Shown in pieces: positions 23,466-37,232 of a stretch of 64,000 nt of DNA; the first letter of the stretch is position 1; each line of letters begins with the position of its first letter. The DNA comes from the human T2T-CHM13v2.0 reference genome, Homo sapiens. The notes beneath the pieces are model-generated. The model was not told where the DNA came from. It did not search any database and was given only the letters and a program-made list of their open reading frames with translations. The translations under genes were made by a program, and so were the position numbers. The stretch lies in NCBI RefSeq assembly GCF_009914755.1, contig NC_060930.1. One strand, 5' to 3'.

Positions 23466-26400
23466 TCTCAGAAACTCCTTTGTGATGTGTGCATTCAATT
23501 CAAAGAGTGAAACCTCTCTTTTCACAGAGCAGTTTTGAAACACTGTTTTTGTAGGATTTCCAAGGGGATATTTATAGCGCATTGAGCCTACGGCGGAAAA
23601 AGAAACATCTTCCTATAAAAACTAGACAGAATACTTCTCAGAATCTGCTTTGCGATGTGTGCGTTCAACTCACAGAGTAAAACTTTTCTTTTGATAGAGC
23701 AGTTTTGAAACACTCTTTTTGTAGTATTTGCATGTGTATATTTAGAGCGCATTGAAGCCCACAGTAGAAAAGGAAATAACTTCACCTAAAACCTAGACAG
23801 AAGCAATCTCAGAAACTACTTTGTGATGTGTACATTCAACTCACAGAGTGGAACTTTCCTCTTTATAGAGCAGTGTTGAAACACTCTTTTTGTAGAAACT
23901 GCAAGTGGATATTTGGACCTCTTTGAGGCCTTCGTTGGAAACGGGATTTCTTCCTATAACCCTAGACAGAAGAATTTTCAGAAACCTCATTGTGATGTGT
24001 GCGTTCATCTCACAGAGTGGAGTCTTCCGTTTGATAGAGAAGTTTTGAAACCCTGTTCTTGTAGGATTTCCAAGTGGATATTTAGACCACTTTGAAGCCT
24101 ATGATAGAAAAGGAAACATCTTCATGGAAAACATAGATAGAATCATCCTCAGAAACAACTTTGTGATGTGTGCGTTGAACTCACCGTCTTTAACCTTTCT
24201 TTTGGTAGAGAAGTTTTGAAACACTCTCTTTGTAAAGTCTACAAGTGGATATTTTGAGCCCTTGGAGGCATTCTTTGGAAAAGGGAATGTCTTCACATAA
24301 AAGGCAGACGGAAGTGTTCTCAGAAACTGCTTTGTGATGTCTGTGTTCAACTCACAGAGTTTAACATTTCCTTTGATAGAGCGGTTTAGTAACCCTCTCT
24401 TTGTAGAATTTGGAAGTGTATACTAAGAGCGCTTTGAGGCCTATGGTAGAAAAGGAAATATCTTTCCATAAAAGCTAGACAGAAGCAATCTCAGAAACTC
24501 CTCTGTGATGTCTGCATTCAACTCACCGAGTGGAACATTCCTCTTGAGAGAGCAGTTTGGAAACACTCTTTCTGTAGAATCAGCTTGTTTGTATTTGGAC
24601 CTCCTTGAGGCCTTCGTTGGAAACGGGTTTTCATCTTATAAACCCAGACAGAAGAATTCTCAGAGTCTTCTTTGTGATGTGTGCTTTCAACTCACCGAGA
24701 TAAAGATTTCTCTTGATAGAGCAATTTGGAAACACTCTTTTTGTAGAATTTGCAAGGGTACATTGAGAGCGCTTTCAGGCCTATGGTAGAAAAGGGAATA
24801 TCTTTCCATAAAAGGTAGACAGAAGCAATCTCAGAAACTACTTTGTGATGTGTGCATTCAACTCACCGAGTGCAACGTTCCTCTTGACCGAGCAGTTTGG
24901 AAACATTGTTTCTGTAGAATCTGCAAGTGGATATTTGGACCTCTTTGAGGCCTTCGTTGGAAACGGGATTTCTTCCTATAAACCCAGACAGAAGAATTCT
25001 CAGAGACTTCTTTGTGATGTGTGAATTCAACTCACAGTGTGGATCCTTCCTTTTGATAGAGCAGTTTTGAAACCCTGTTTTTGTAGTATTTCCAAGCGGA
25101 TATTTGGAACGCCTTGAAGCGTATGGTAGAAAAGGAAATATCTTCCCATAAAACCTAGACAGAACCAATCTCAGAAACGACTTTGTGATGTCTGCATTCA
25201 AGTCACAGAGTTGAACATTTCTCTTGATAGAGCAGTTTTGAAACCCTCTTTCTGAAGGATCTGCAAGTGGATATTTGGAACTCCTTTGGGTCTTCGTTGG
25301 AAACGGGATTTCTTCGTATAAATCTAGACAGAAGAATTCTCCGAAACTTCTTTGGTTGTGTGCATTCAAGTCACAGAGTGGAACCTTCCTTTGGATAGAG
25401 CAGTTTGAAACGCCGTGGTTGTAGTATTTCCAAGCGGATATTAGAGCGCCTTGAGGCCTATGGTAGAAAAGGAAATATCTTCCCATAAAACCTAGACGGA
25501 AGCAATCTCAGAAACTACTGTGTGATGGCTGCATTCCACACACACGGTGGAACATTTCTCTTGATAGAGCAGTTTTGAAACACTCTTTCTGTAGAATCTG
25601 CAAGTGGATAATTGGACCGCCTTGAGGCCTTCGTTGGAAACGGGATTTCTTCATGTTACTCTAGATAGAAGAATTCTCAAACACTGCTATGTGATGTTTG
25701 CATTCAAGTCACAGAGTGCAACATTCCTCTTGGTAGAGCAGTTGGGAAACACTCCTTTTGTAGAATCTGCAATGGGATATTTGGACTTCTTTGAGGCCTT
25801 CGTTGGAAACGGGATTTCTTCGTATGAATCTAGACAGAAGAATTCTCAGAAACTTCCTTGTGATGTGTGCATTCAACTCAGCGAGTGGCACCTTCCTTTG
25901 GATACAGCAGTTTTGAAACACTGTTTTTGTAGTATTTCCAAGCGGATATTTAGAGCGCCTTGAAGCCTATGCTAGAAATGGAAATATCTCCCCATAAAAC
26001 CAAGACGGAAGCAATCTCAGAAACTAATGTGTGATGGCTGCATTCCACACACACGGTGGACCATTTCTCTTGATAGAGCAGTTTTGAAACACTCTTTCTG
26101 TAGAATCTGCAAGTGGATAATTGGACCTCCTAGAGGCCTTCGTTGGAAACGGGATTTCTTCATCTAAACCTACAGAGAAGAATTCTCAGTAACTTCTTCG
26201 GATGTGTGCATTCGACTCACAGAATGGAACATTCCCTTTGATAGAGCAGTTTTGAGACACCGTTTTTGTAGAATTCCCAAGTGGATATTTAGAGCACTTT
26301 GAAGTCTCTGCTAGAAAAGGAAACATCTTCATGTAAAAAGTAGATAGAATCGTTCTCAGAAAGTGCTTAGTGACGTGTGCGTTCAACTCACAGAGTTTAA

Positions 26401-26522
26401 CGTTTCTTTTGATAGAGCGTTTCTGAAACACCCTTCTTGTAGTAGCTGCAAGTGGATATTTGGACCTATTGGAGGCCTTCTTTGGAAATGGGATTTCTTC
26501 ATGTAACTCTAGATTGAAGAGT
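23466..26522 (+). repeat. 18-mer HOR copy; extra monomers at 25342-25847
   Basis: Marker spacing 23588 to 26645 = 3,057. Confidence 0.95.
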
Positions 26523-29500
26523 TCTCAGAAACTCCTTTGTGATGTGTGCATTCAATTCAAAGAGTGAAACCTCCCTTTTCACAGAGCAGTTTTGAAACAC
26601 TGTTTTTGTAGGATTTCCAAGGGGATATTTATAGCGCATTGAGCCTACGGCGGAAAAAGAAACATCTTCCTATAAAAACTAGACAGAATACTTCTCAGAA
26701 TCTGCTTTGCGATGTGTGCGTTCAACTCACAGAGTAAAACTTTTCTTTTGATAGAGCAGTTTTGAAACACTCTTTTTGTAGTATTTGCATGTGTATATTT
26801 AGAGCGCATTGAAGCCCACAGTAGAAAAGGAAATAACTTCACCTAAAACCTAGACAGAAGCAATCACAGAAACTACTTTGTGATGTGTACATTCAACTCA
26901 CAGAGTGGAACTTTCCTCTTTATAGAGCAGTGTTGAAACACTCTTTTTGTAGAAACTGCAAGTGGATATTTGGACCTCTTTGAGGCCTTCGTTGGAAACG
27001 GGATTTCTTCCTATAACCCTAGACAGAAGAATTTTCAGAAACCTCATTGTGATGTGTGCGTTCATCTCACAGAGTGGAGTCTTCCGTTTGATAGAGAAGT
27101 TTTGAAACCCTGTTCTTGTAGGATTTCCAAGTGGATATTTAGACCACTTTGAAGCCTATGATAGAAAAGGAAACATCTTCATGGAAAACATAGATAGAAT
27201 CATCCTCAGAAACAACTTTGTGATGTGTGCGTTGAACTCACCGTCTTTAACCTTTCTTTTGGTAGAGAAGTTTTGAAACACTCTCTTTGTAAAGTCTACA
27301 AGTGGATATTTTGAGCCCTTGGAGGCATTCTTTGGAAAAGGGAATGTCTTCACATAAAAGGCAGACGGAAGTGTTCTCAGAAACTGCTTTGTGATGTCTG
27401 TGTTCAACTCACAGAGTTTAACATTTCCTTTGATAGAGCGGTTTAGTAACCCTCTCTTTGTAGAATTTGGAAGTGTATACTAAGAGCGCTTTGAGGCCTA
27501 TGGTAGAAAAGGAAATATCTTTCCATAAAAGCTAGACAGAAGCAATCTCAGAAACTCCTCTGTGATGTCTGCATTCAACTCACCGAGTGGAACATTCCTC
27601 TTGAGAGAGCAGTTTGGAAACACTCTTTCTGTAGAATCAGCTTGTTTGTATTTGGACCTCCTTGAGGCCTTCGTTGGAAACGGGTTTTCATCTTATAAAC
27701 CCAGACAGAAGAATTCTCAGAGTCTTCTTTGTGATGTGTGCTTTCAACTCACCGAGATAAAGATTTCTCTTGATAGAGCAATTTGGAAACACTCTTTTTG
27801 TAGAATTTGCAAGGGTACATTGAGAGCGCTTTCAGGCCTATGGTAGAAAAGGGAATATCTTTCCATAAAAGGTAGACAGAAGCAATCTCAGAAACTACTT
27901 TGTGATGTGTGCATTCAACTCACCGAGTGCAACGTTCCTCTTGAGCGAGCAGTTTGGAAACATTGTTTCTGTAGAATCTGCAAGTGGATATTTGGACCTC
28001 TTTGAGGCCTTCGTTGGAAACGGGATTTCTTCCTATAAACCCAGACAGAAGAATTCTCAGAGACTTCTTTGTGATGTGTGAATTCAACTCACAGTGTGGA
28101 TCCTTCCTTTTGATAGAGCAGTTTTGAAACCCTGTTTTTGTAGTATTTCCAAGCGGATATTTGGAACGCCTTGAAGCGTATGGTAGAAAAGGAAATATCT
28201 TCCCATAAAACCTAGACAGAACCAATCTCAGAAACGACTTTGTGATGTCTGCATTCAAGTCACAGAGTTGAACATTTCTCTTGATAGAGCAGTTTTGAAA
28301 CCCTCTTTCTGAAGGATCTGCAAGTGGATATTTGGAACTCCTTTGGGTCTTCGTTGGAAACGGGATTTCTTCGTATAAATCTAGACAGAAGAATTCTCAG
28401 AAACTTCCTTGTGATGAGTGCATTCAACTCAGCGAGTGGCACCTTCCTTTGGATACAGCAGTTTTGAAACACTGTTTTTGTAGTATTTCCAAGCGGATAT
28501 TTAGAGCGCCTTGAAGCCTATGCTAGAAATGGAAATATCTCCCCATAAAACCAAGACGGAAGCAATCTCAGAAACTAATGTGTGATGGCTGCATTCCACA
28601 CACACGGTGGACCATTTCTCTTGATAGAGCAGTTTTGAAACACTCTTTCTGTAGAATCTGCAAGTGGATAATTGGACCTCCTAGAGGCCTTCGTTGGAAA
28701 CGGGATTTCTTCATCTAAACCTACAGAGAAGTATTCTCAGTAACTTCTTCGGATGTGTGCATTCGACGCACAGAATGGAACATTCCCTTTGATAGAGCAG
28801 TTTTGAGACACCGTTTTTGTAGAATTCCCAAGTGGATATTTAGAGCACTTTGAAGTCTCTGCTAGAAAAGGAAACATCTTCATGTAAAAAGTAGATAGAA
28901 TCGTTCTCAGAAAATGCTTAGTGTCGTGTGCGTTCAACTCACAGAGTTTAACGTTTCTTTTGATAGAGCGTTTCTGAAACACCCTTCTTGTAGTAGCTGC
29001 AAGTGGATATTTGGACCTATTGGAGGCCTTCTTTGGAAATGGGATTTCTTCATGTAACTCTAGATTGAAGAATTCTCAGAAACTCCTTTGTGATGTGTGC
29101 ATTCAATTCAAAGAGTGAAACCTCTCTTTTCACAGAGCAGTTTTGAAACACTGTTTTTGTAGGATTTCCAAGGGGATATTTATAGCGCATTGAGCCTACG
29201 GCGGAAAAAGAAACATCTTCCTATAAAAACTAGACAGAATACTTCTCAGAATCTGCTTTGCGATGTGTGCGTTCAACTCACAGAGTAAAACTTTTCTTTT
29301 GATAGAGCAGTTTTGAAACACTCTTTTTGTAGTATTTGCATGTGTATATTTAGAGCGCATTGAAGCCCACAGTAGAAAAGGAAATAACTTCACCTAAAAC
29401 CTAGACAGAAGCAATCTCAGAAACTACTTTGTGATGTGTACATTCAACTCACAGAGTGGAACTTTCCTCTTTATAGAGCAGTGTTGAAACACTCTTTTTG

Positions 29501-32500
29501 TAGAAACTGCAAGTGGATATTTGGACCTCTTTGAGGCCTTCGTTGGAAACGGGATTTCTTCCTATAACCCTAGACAGAAGAATTTTCAGAAACCTCATTG
29601 TGATGTGTGCGTTCATCTCACAGAGTGGAGTCTTCCGTTTGATAGAGAAGTTTTGAAACCCTGTTCTTGTAGGATTTCCAAGTGGATATTTAGACCACTT
29701 TGAAGCCTATGATAGAAAAGGAAACATCTTCATGGAAAACATAGATAGAATCATTCTCAGAAACAACTTTGTGATGTGTGCATTGAACTCACCGTCTTTA
29801 ACCTTTCTTTTGGTAGAGAAGTTTTGAAACACTCTCTTTGTAAAGTCTACAAGTGGATATTTTGAGCCCTTGGAGGCATTCTTTGGAAAAGGGAATGTCT
29901 TCACATAAAAGGCAGACGGAAGTGTTCTCAGAAACTGCTTTGTGATGTCTGTGTTCAACTCACAGAGTTTAACATTTCCTTTGATAGAGCGGTTTAGTAA
30001 CCCTCTCTTTGTAGAATTTGGAAGTGTATACTAAGAGCGCTTTGAGGCCTATGGTAGAAAAGGAAATATCTTTCCATAAAAGCTAGACAGAAGCAATCTC
30101 AGAAACTCCTTTGTGATGTCTGCATTCAACTCACCGAGTGGAACATTCCTCTTGATAGAGCAGTTTGGAAACACTCTTTCTGTAGAATCAGCTTGTTTGT
30201 ATTTGGACCTCCTTGAGGCCTTCGTTGGAAACGGGTTTTCATCTTATAAACCCAGACAGAAGAATTCTCAGAGTCTTCTTTGTGATGTGTGCTTTCAACT
30301 CACCGAGATAAAGATTTCTCTTGATAGAGCAATTTGGAAACACTCTTTTTGTAGAATTTGCAAGGGTACATTGAGAGCGCTTTCAGGCCTATGGTAGAAA
30401 AGGGAATATCTTTCCATAAAAGGTAGACAGAAGCAATCTCAGAAACTACTTTGTGATGTGTGCATTCAACTCACCGAGTGCAACGTTCCTCTTGACCGAG
30501 CAGTTTGGAAACATTGTTTCTGTAGAATCTGCAAGTGGATATTTGGACCTCTTTGAGGCCTTCGTTGGAAACGGGATTTCTTCCTATAAACCCAGACAGA
30601 AGAATTCTCAGAGACTTCTTTGTGATGTGTGAATTCAACTCACAGTGTGGATCCTTCCTTTTGATAGAGCAGTTTTGAAACCCTGTTTTTGTAGTATTTC
30701 CAAGCGGATATTTGGAACGCCTTGAAGCGTATGGTAGAAAAGGAAATATCTTCCCATAAAACCTAGACAGAACCAATCTCAGAAACGACTTTGTGATGTC
30801 TGCATTCAAGTCACAGAGTTGAACATTTCTCTTGATAGAGCAGTTTTGAAACCCTCTTTCTGAAGGATCTGCAAGTGGATATTTGGAACTCCTTTGGGTC
30901 TTCGTTGGAAACGGGATTTCTTCGTATAAATCTAGACAGAAGAATTCTCAGAAACTTCCTTGTGATGTGTGCATTCAACTCAGCGAGTGGCACCTTCCTT
31001 TGGATACAGCAGTTTTGAAACACTGTTTTTGTAGTATTTCCAAGCGGATATTTAGAGCGCCTTGAAGCCTATGCTAGAAATGGAAATATCTCCCCATAAA
31101 ACCAAGACAGAAGCAATCTCAGAAACTAATGTGTGATGGCTGCATTCCACACACACGGTGGACCATTTCTCTTGATAGAGCAGTTTTGAAACACTCTTTC
31201 TGTAGAATCTGCAAGTGGATAATTGGACCTCCTAGAGGCCTTCGTTGGAAACGGGATTTCTTCATCTAAACCTACAGAGAAGTATTCTCAGTAACTTCTT
31301 CGGATGTGTGCATTCGACGCACAGAATGGAACATTCCCTTTGATAGAGCAGTTTTGAGACACCGTTTTTGTAGAATTCCCAAGTGGATATTTAGAGCACT
31401 TTGAAGTCTCTGCTAGAAAAGGAAACATCTTCATGTAAAAAGTAGATAGAATCGTTCTCAGAAAGTGCTTAGTGTCGTGTGCGTTCAACTCACAGAGTTT
31501 AACGTTTCTTTTGATAGAGCGTTTCTGAAACACCCTTCTTGTAGTAGCTGCAAGTGGATATTTGGACCTATTGGAGGCCTTCTTTGGAAATGGGATTTCT
31601 TCATGTAACTCTAGAGTGAAGAATTCTCAGAAACTCCTTTGTGATGTGTGCATTCAATTCAAAGAGTGAAACCTCTCTTTTCACAGAGCAGTTTTGAAAC
31701 ACTGTTTTTGTAGGATTTCCAAGGGGATATTTATAGCGCATTGAGCCTACGGCGGAAAAAGAAACATCTTCCTATAAAAACTAGACAGAATACTTCTCAG
31801 AATCTGCTTTGCGATGTGTGCGTTCAACTCACAGAGTAAAACTTTTCTTTTGATAGAGCAGTTTTGAAACACTCTTTTTGTAGTATTTGCATGTGTATAT
31901 TTAGAGCGCATTGAAGCCCACAGTAGAAAAGGAAATAACTTCACCTAAAACCTAGACAGAAGCAATCACAGAAACTACTTTGTGATGTGTACATTCAACT
32001 CACAGAGTGGAACTTTCCTCTTTATAGAGCAGTGTTGAAACACTCTTTTTGTAGAAACTGCAAGTGGATATTTGGACCTCTTTGAGGCCTTCGTTGGAAA
32101 CGGGATTTCTTCCTATAACCCTAGACAGAAGAATTTTCAGAAACCTCATTGTGATGTGTGCGTTCATCTCACAGAGTGGAGTCTTCCGTTTGATAGAGAA
32201 GTTTTGAAACCCTGTTCTTGTAGGATTTCCAAGTGGATATTTAGACCACTTTGAAGCCTATGATAGAAAAGGAAACATCTTCATGGAAAACATAGATAGA
32301 ATCATCCTCAGAAACAACTTTGTGATGTGTGCGTTGAACTCACCGTCTTTAACCTTTCTTTTGGTAGAGAAGTTTTGAAACACTCTCTTTGTAAAGTCTA
32401 CAAGTGGATATTTTGAGCCCTTGGAGGCATTCTTTGGAAAAGGGAATGTCTTCACATAAAAGGCAGACGGAAGTGTTCTCAGAAACTGCTTTGTGATGTC

Positions 32501-34175
32501 TGTGTTCAACTCACAGAGTTTAACATTTCCTTTGATAGAGCGGTTTAGTAACCCTCTCTTTGTAGAATTTGGAAGTGTATACTAAGAGCGCTTTGAGGCC
32601 TATGGTAGAAAAGGAAATATCTTTCCATAAAAGCTAGACAGAAGCAATCTCAGAAACTCCTCTGTGATGTCTGCATTCAACTCACCGAGTGGAACATTCC
32701 TCTTGAGAGAGCAGTTTGGAAACACTCTTTCTGTAGAATCAGCTTGTTTGTATTTGGACCTCCTTGAGGCCTTCGTTGGAAACGGGTTTTCATCTTATAA
32801 ACCCAGACAGAAGAATTCTCAGAGTCTTCTTTGTGATGTGTGCTTTCAACTCACCGAGATAAAGATTTCTCTTGATAGAGCAATTTGGAAACACTCTTTT
32901 TGTAGAATTTGCAAGGGTACATTGAGAGCGCTTTCAGGCCTATGGTAGAAAAGGGAATATCTTTCCATAAAAGGTAGACAGAAGCAATCTCAGAAACTAC
33001 TTTGTGATGTGTGCATTCAACTCACCGAGTGCAACGTTCCTCTTGACCGAGCAGTTTGGAAACATTGTTTCTGTAGAATCTGCAAGTGGATATTTGGACC
33101 TCTTTGAGGCCTTCGTTGGAAACGGGATTTCTTCCTATAAACCCAGACAGAAGAATTCTCAGAGACTTCTTTGTGATGTGTGAATTCAACTCACAGTGTG
33201 GATCCTTCCTTTTGATAGAGCAGTTTTGAAACCCTGTTTTTGTAGTATTTCCAAGCGGATATTTGGAACGCCTTGAAGCGTATGGTAGAAAAGGAAATAT
33301 CTTCCCATAAAACCTAGACAGAACCAATCTCAGAAACGACTTTGTGATGTCTGCATTCAAGTCACAGAGTTGAACATTTCTCTTGATAGAGCAGTTTTGA
33401 AACCCTCTTTCTGAAGGATCTGCAAGTGGATATTTGGAACTCCTTTGGGTCTTCGTTGGAAACGGGATTTCTTCGTATAAATCTAGACAGAAGAATTCTC
33501 AGAAACTTCCTTGTGATGAGTGCATTCAACTCAGCGAGTGGCACCTTCCTTTGGATACAGCAGTTTTGAAACACTGTTTTTGTAGTATTTCCAAGCGGAT
33601 ATTTAGAGCGCCTTGAAGCCTATGCTAGAAATGGAAATATCTCCCCATAAAACCAAGACGGAAGCAATCTCAGAAACTAATGTGTGATGGCTGCATTCCA
33701 CACACACGGTGGACCATTTCTCTTGATAGAGCAGTTTTGAAACACTCTTTCTGTAGAATCTGCAAGTGGATAATTGGACCTCCTAGAGGCCTTCGTTGGA
33801 AACGGGATTTCTTCATCTAAACCTACAGAGAAGTATTCTCAGTAACTTCTTCGGATGTGTGCATTCGACGCACAGAATGGAACATTCCCTTTGATAGAGC
33901 AGTTTTGAGACACCGTTTTTGTAGAATTCCCAAGTGGATATTTAGAGCACTTTGAAGTCTCTGCTAGAAAAGGAAACATCTTCATGTAAAAAGTAGATAG
34001 AATCGTTCTCAGAAAGTGCTTAGTGACGTGTGCGTTCAACTCACAGAGTTTAACGTTTCTTTTGATAGAGCGTTTCTGAAACACCCTTCTTGTAGTAGCT
34101 GCAAGTGGATATTTGGACCTATTGGAGGCCTTCTTTGGAAATGGGATTTCTTCATGTAACTCTAGATTGAAGAAT
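26523..34175 (+). repeat. Three 15-mer HOR copies (starts 26523, 29074, 31625)
   Basis: Marker spacing of 2,551 bp. Confidence 0.95.
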
Positions 34176-37100
34176 TCTCAGAAACTCCTTTGTGATGTGT
34201 GCATTCAATTCAAAGAGTGAAACCTCTCTTTTCACAGAGCAGTTTTGAAACACTGTTTTTGTAGGATTTCCAAGGGGATATTTATAGCGCATTGAGCCTA
34301 CGGCGGAAAAAGAAACATCTTCCTATAAAAACTAGACAGAATACTTCTCAGAATCTGCTTTGCGATGTGTGCGTTCAACTCACAGAGTAAAACTTTTCTT
34401 TTGATAGAGCAGTTTTGAAACACTCTTTTTGTAGTATTTGCATGTGTATATTTAGAGCGCATTGAAGCCCACAGTAGAAAAGGAAATAACTTCACCTAAA
34501 ACCTAGACAGAAGCAATCTCAGAAACTACTTTGTGATGTGTACATTCAACTCACAGAGTGGAACTTTCCTCTTTATAGAGCAGTGTTGAAACACTCTTTT
34601 TGTAGAAACTGCAAGTGGATATTTGGACCTCTTTGAGGCCTTCGTTGGAAACGGGATTTCTTCCTATAACCCTAGACAGAAGAATTTTCAGAAACCTCAT
34701 TGTGATGTGTGCGTTCATCTCACAGAGTGGAGTCTTCCGTTTGATAGAGAAGTTTTGAAACCCTGTTCTTGTAGGATTTCCAAGTGGATATTTAGACCAC
34801 TTTGAAGCCTATGATAGAAAAGGAAACATCTTCATGGAAAACATAGATAGAATCATCCTCAGAAACAACTTTGTGATGTGTGCGTTGAACTCACCGTCTT
34901 TAACCTTTCTTTTGGTAGAGAAGTTTTGAAACACTCTCTTTGTAAAGTCTACAAGTGGATATTTTGAGCCCTTGGAGGCATTCTTTGGAAAAGGGAATGT
35001 CTTCACATAAAAGGCAGACGGAAGTGTTCTCAGAAACTGCTTTGTGATGTCTGTGTTCAACTCACAGAGTTTAACATTTCCTTTGATAGAGCGGTTTAGT
35101 AACCCTCTCTTTGTAGAATTTGGAAGTGTATACTAAGAGCGCTTTGAGGCCTATGGTAGAAAAGGAAATATCTTTCCATAAAAGCTAGACAGAAGCAATC
35201 TCAGAAACTCCTCTGTGATGTCTGCATTCAACTCACCGAGTGGAACATTCCTCTTGAGAGAGCAGTTTGGAAACACTCTTTCTGTAGAATCAGCTTGTTT
35301 GTATTTGGACCTCCTTGAGGCCTTCGTTGGAAACGGGTTTTCATCTTATAAACCCAGACAGAAGAATTCTCAGAGTCTTCTTTGTGATGTGTGCTTTCAA
35401 CTCACCGAGATAAAGATTTCTCTTGATAGAGCAATTTGGAAACACTCTTTTTGTAGAATTTGCAAGGGTACATTGAGAGCGCTTTCAGGCCTATGGTAGA
35501 AAAGGGAATATCTTTCCATAAAAGGTAGACAGAAGCAATCTCAGAAACTACTTTGTGATGTGTGCATTCAACTCACCGAGTGCAACGTTCCTCTTGACCG
35601 AGCAGTTTGGAAACATTGTTTCTGTAGAATCTGCAAGTGGATATTTGGACCTCTTTGAGGCCTTCGTTGGAAACGGGATTTCTTCCTATAAACCCAGACA
35701 GAAGAATTCTCAGAGACTTCTTTGTGATGTGTGAATTCAACTCACAGTGTGGATCCTTCCTTTTGATAGAGCAGTTTTGAAACCCTGTTTTTGTAGTATT
35801 TCCAAGCGGATATTTGGAACGCCTTGAAGCGTATGGTAGAAAAGGAAATATCTTCCCATAAAACCTAGACAGAACCAATCTCAGAAACGACTTTGTGATG
35901 TCTGCATTCAAGTCACAGAGTTGAACATTTCTCTTGATAGAGCAGTTTTGAAACCCTCTTTCTGAAGGATCTGCAAGTGGATATTTGGAACTCCTTTGGG
36001 TCTTCGTTGGAAACGGGATTTCTTCGTATAAATCTAGACAGAAGAATTCTCCGAAACTTCTTTGGTTGTGTGCATTCAAGTCACAGAGTGGAACCTTCCT
36101 TTGGATAGAGCAGTTTGAAACGCCGTGGTTGTAGTATTTCCAAGCGGATATTAGAGCGCCTTGAGGCCTATGGTAGAAAAGGAAATATCTTCCCATAAAA
36201 CCTAGACGGAAGCAATCTCAGAAACTACTGTGTGATGGCTGCATTCCACACACACGGTGGAACATTTCTCTTGATAGAGCAGTTTTGAAACACTCTTTCT
36301 GTAGAATCTGCAAGTGGATAATTGGACCGCCTTGAGGCCTTCGTTGGAAACGGGATTTCTTCATGTTACTCTAGATAGAAGAATTCTCAAACACTGCTAT
36401 GTGATGTTTGCATTCAAGTCACAGAGTGCAACATTCCTCTTGGTAGAGCAGTTGGGAAACACTCCTTTTGTAGAATCTGCAATGGGATATTTGGACTTCT
36501 TTGAGGCCTTCGTTGGAAACGGGATTTCTTCGTATGAATCTAGACAGAAGAATTCTCAGAAACTTCCTTGTGATGTGTGCATTCAACTCAGCGAGTGGCA
36601 CCTTCCTTTGGATACAGCAGTTTTGAAACACTGTTTTTGTAGTATTTCCAAGCGGATATTTAGAGCGCCTTGAAGCCTATGCTAGAAATGGAAATATCTC
36701 CCCATAAAACCAAGACGGAAGCAATCTCAGAAACTAATGTGTGATGGCTGCATTCCACACACACGGTGGACCATTTCTCTTGATAGAGCAGTTTTGAAAC
36801 ACTCTTTCTGTAGAATCTGCAAGTGGATAATTGGACCTCCTAGAGGCCTTCGTTGGAAACGGGATTTCTTCATCTAAACCTACAGAGAAGAATTCTCAGT
36901 AACTTCTTCGGATGTGTGCATTCGACTCACAGAATGGAACATTCCCTTTGATAGAGCAGTTTTGAGACACCGTTTTTGTAGAATTCCCAAGTGGATATTT
37001 AGAGCACTTTGAAGTCTCTGCTAGAAAAGGAAACATCTTCATGTAAAAAGTAGATAGAATCGTTCTCAGAAAGTGCTTAGTGACGTGTGCGTTCAACTCA

Positions 37101-37232
37101 CAGAGTTTAACGTTTCTTTTGATAGAGCGTTTCTGAAACACCCTTCTTGTAGTAGCTGCAAGTGGATATTTGGACCTATTGGAGGCCTTCTTTGGAAATG
37201 GGATTTCTTCATGTAACTCTAGATTGAAGAGT
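34176..37232 (+). repeat. 18-mer HOR copy; extra monomers at 36052-36557
   Basis: Marker spacing 34298 to 37355 = 3,057. Confidence 0.95.
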
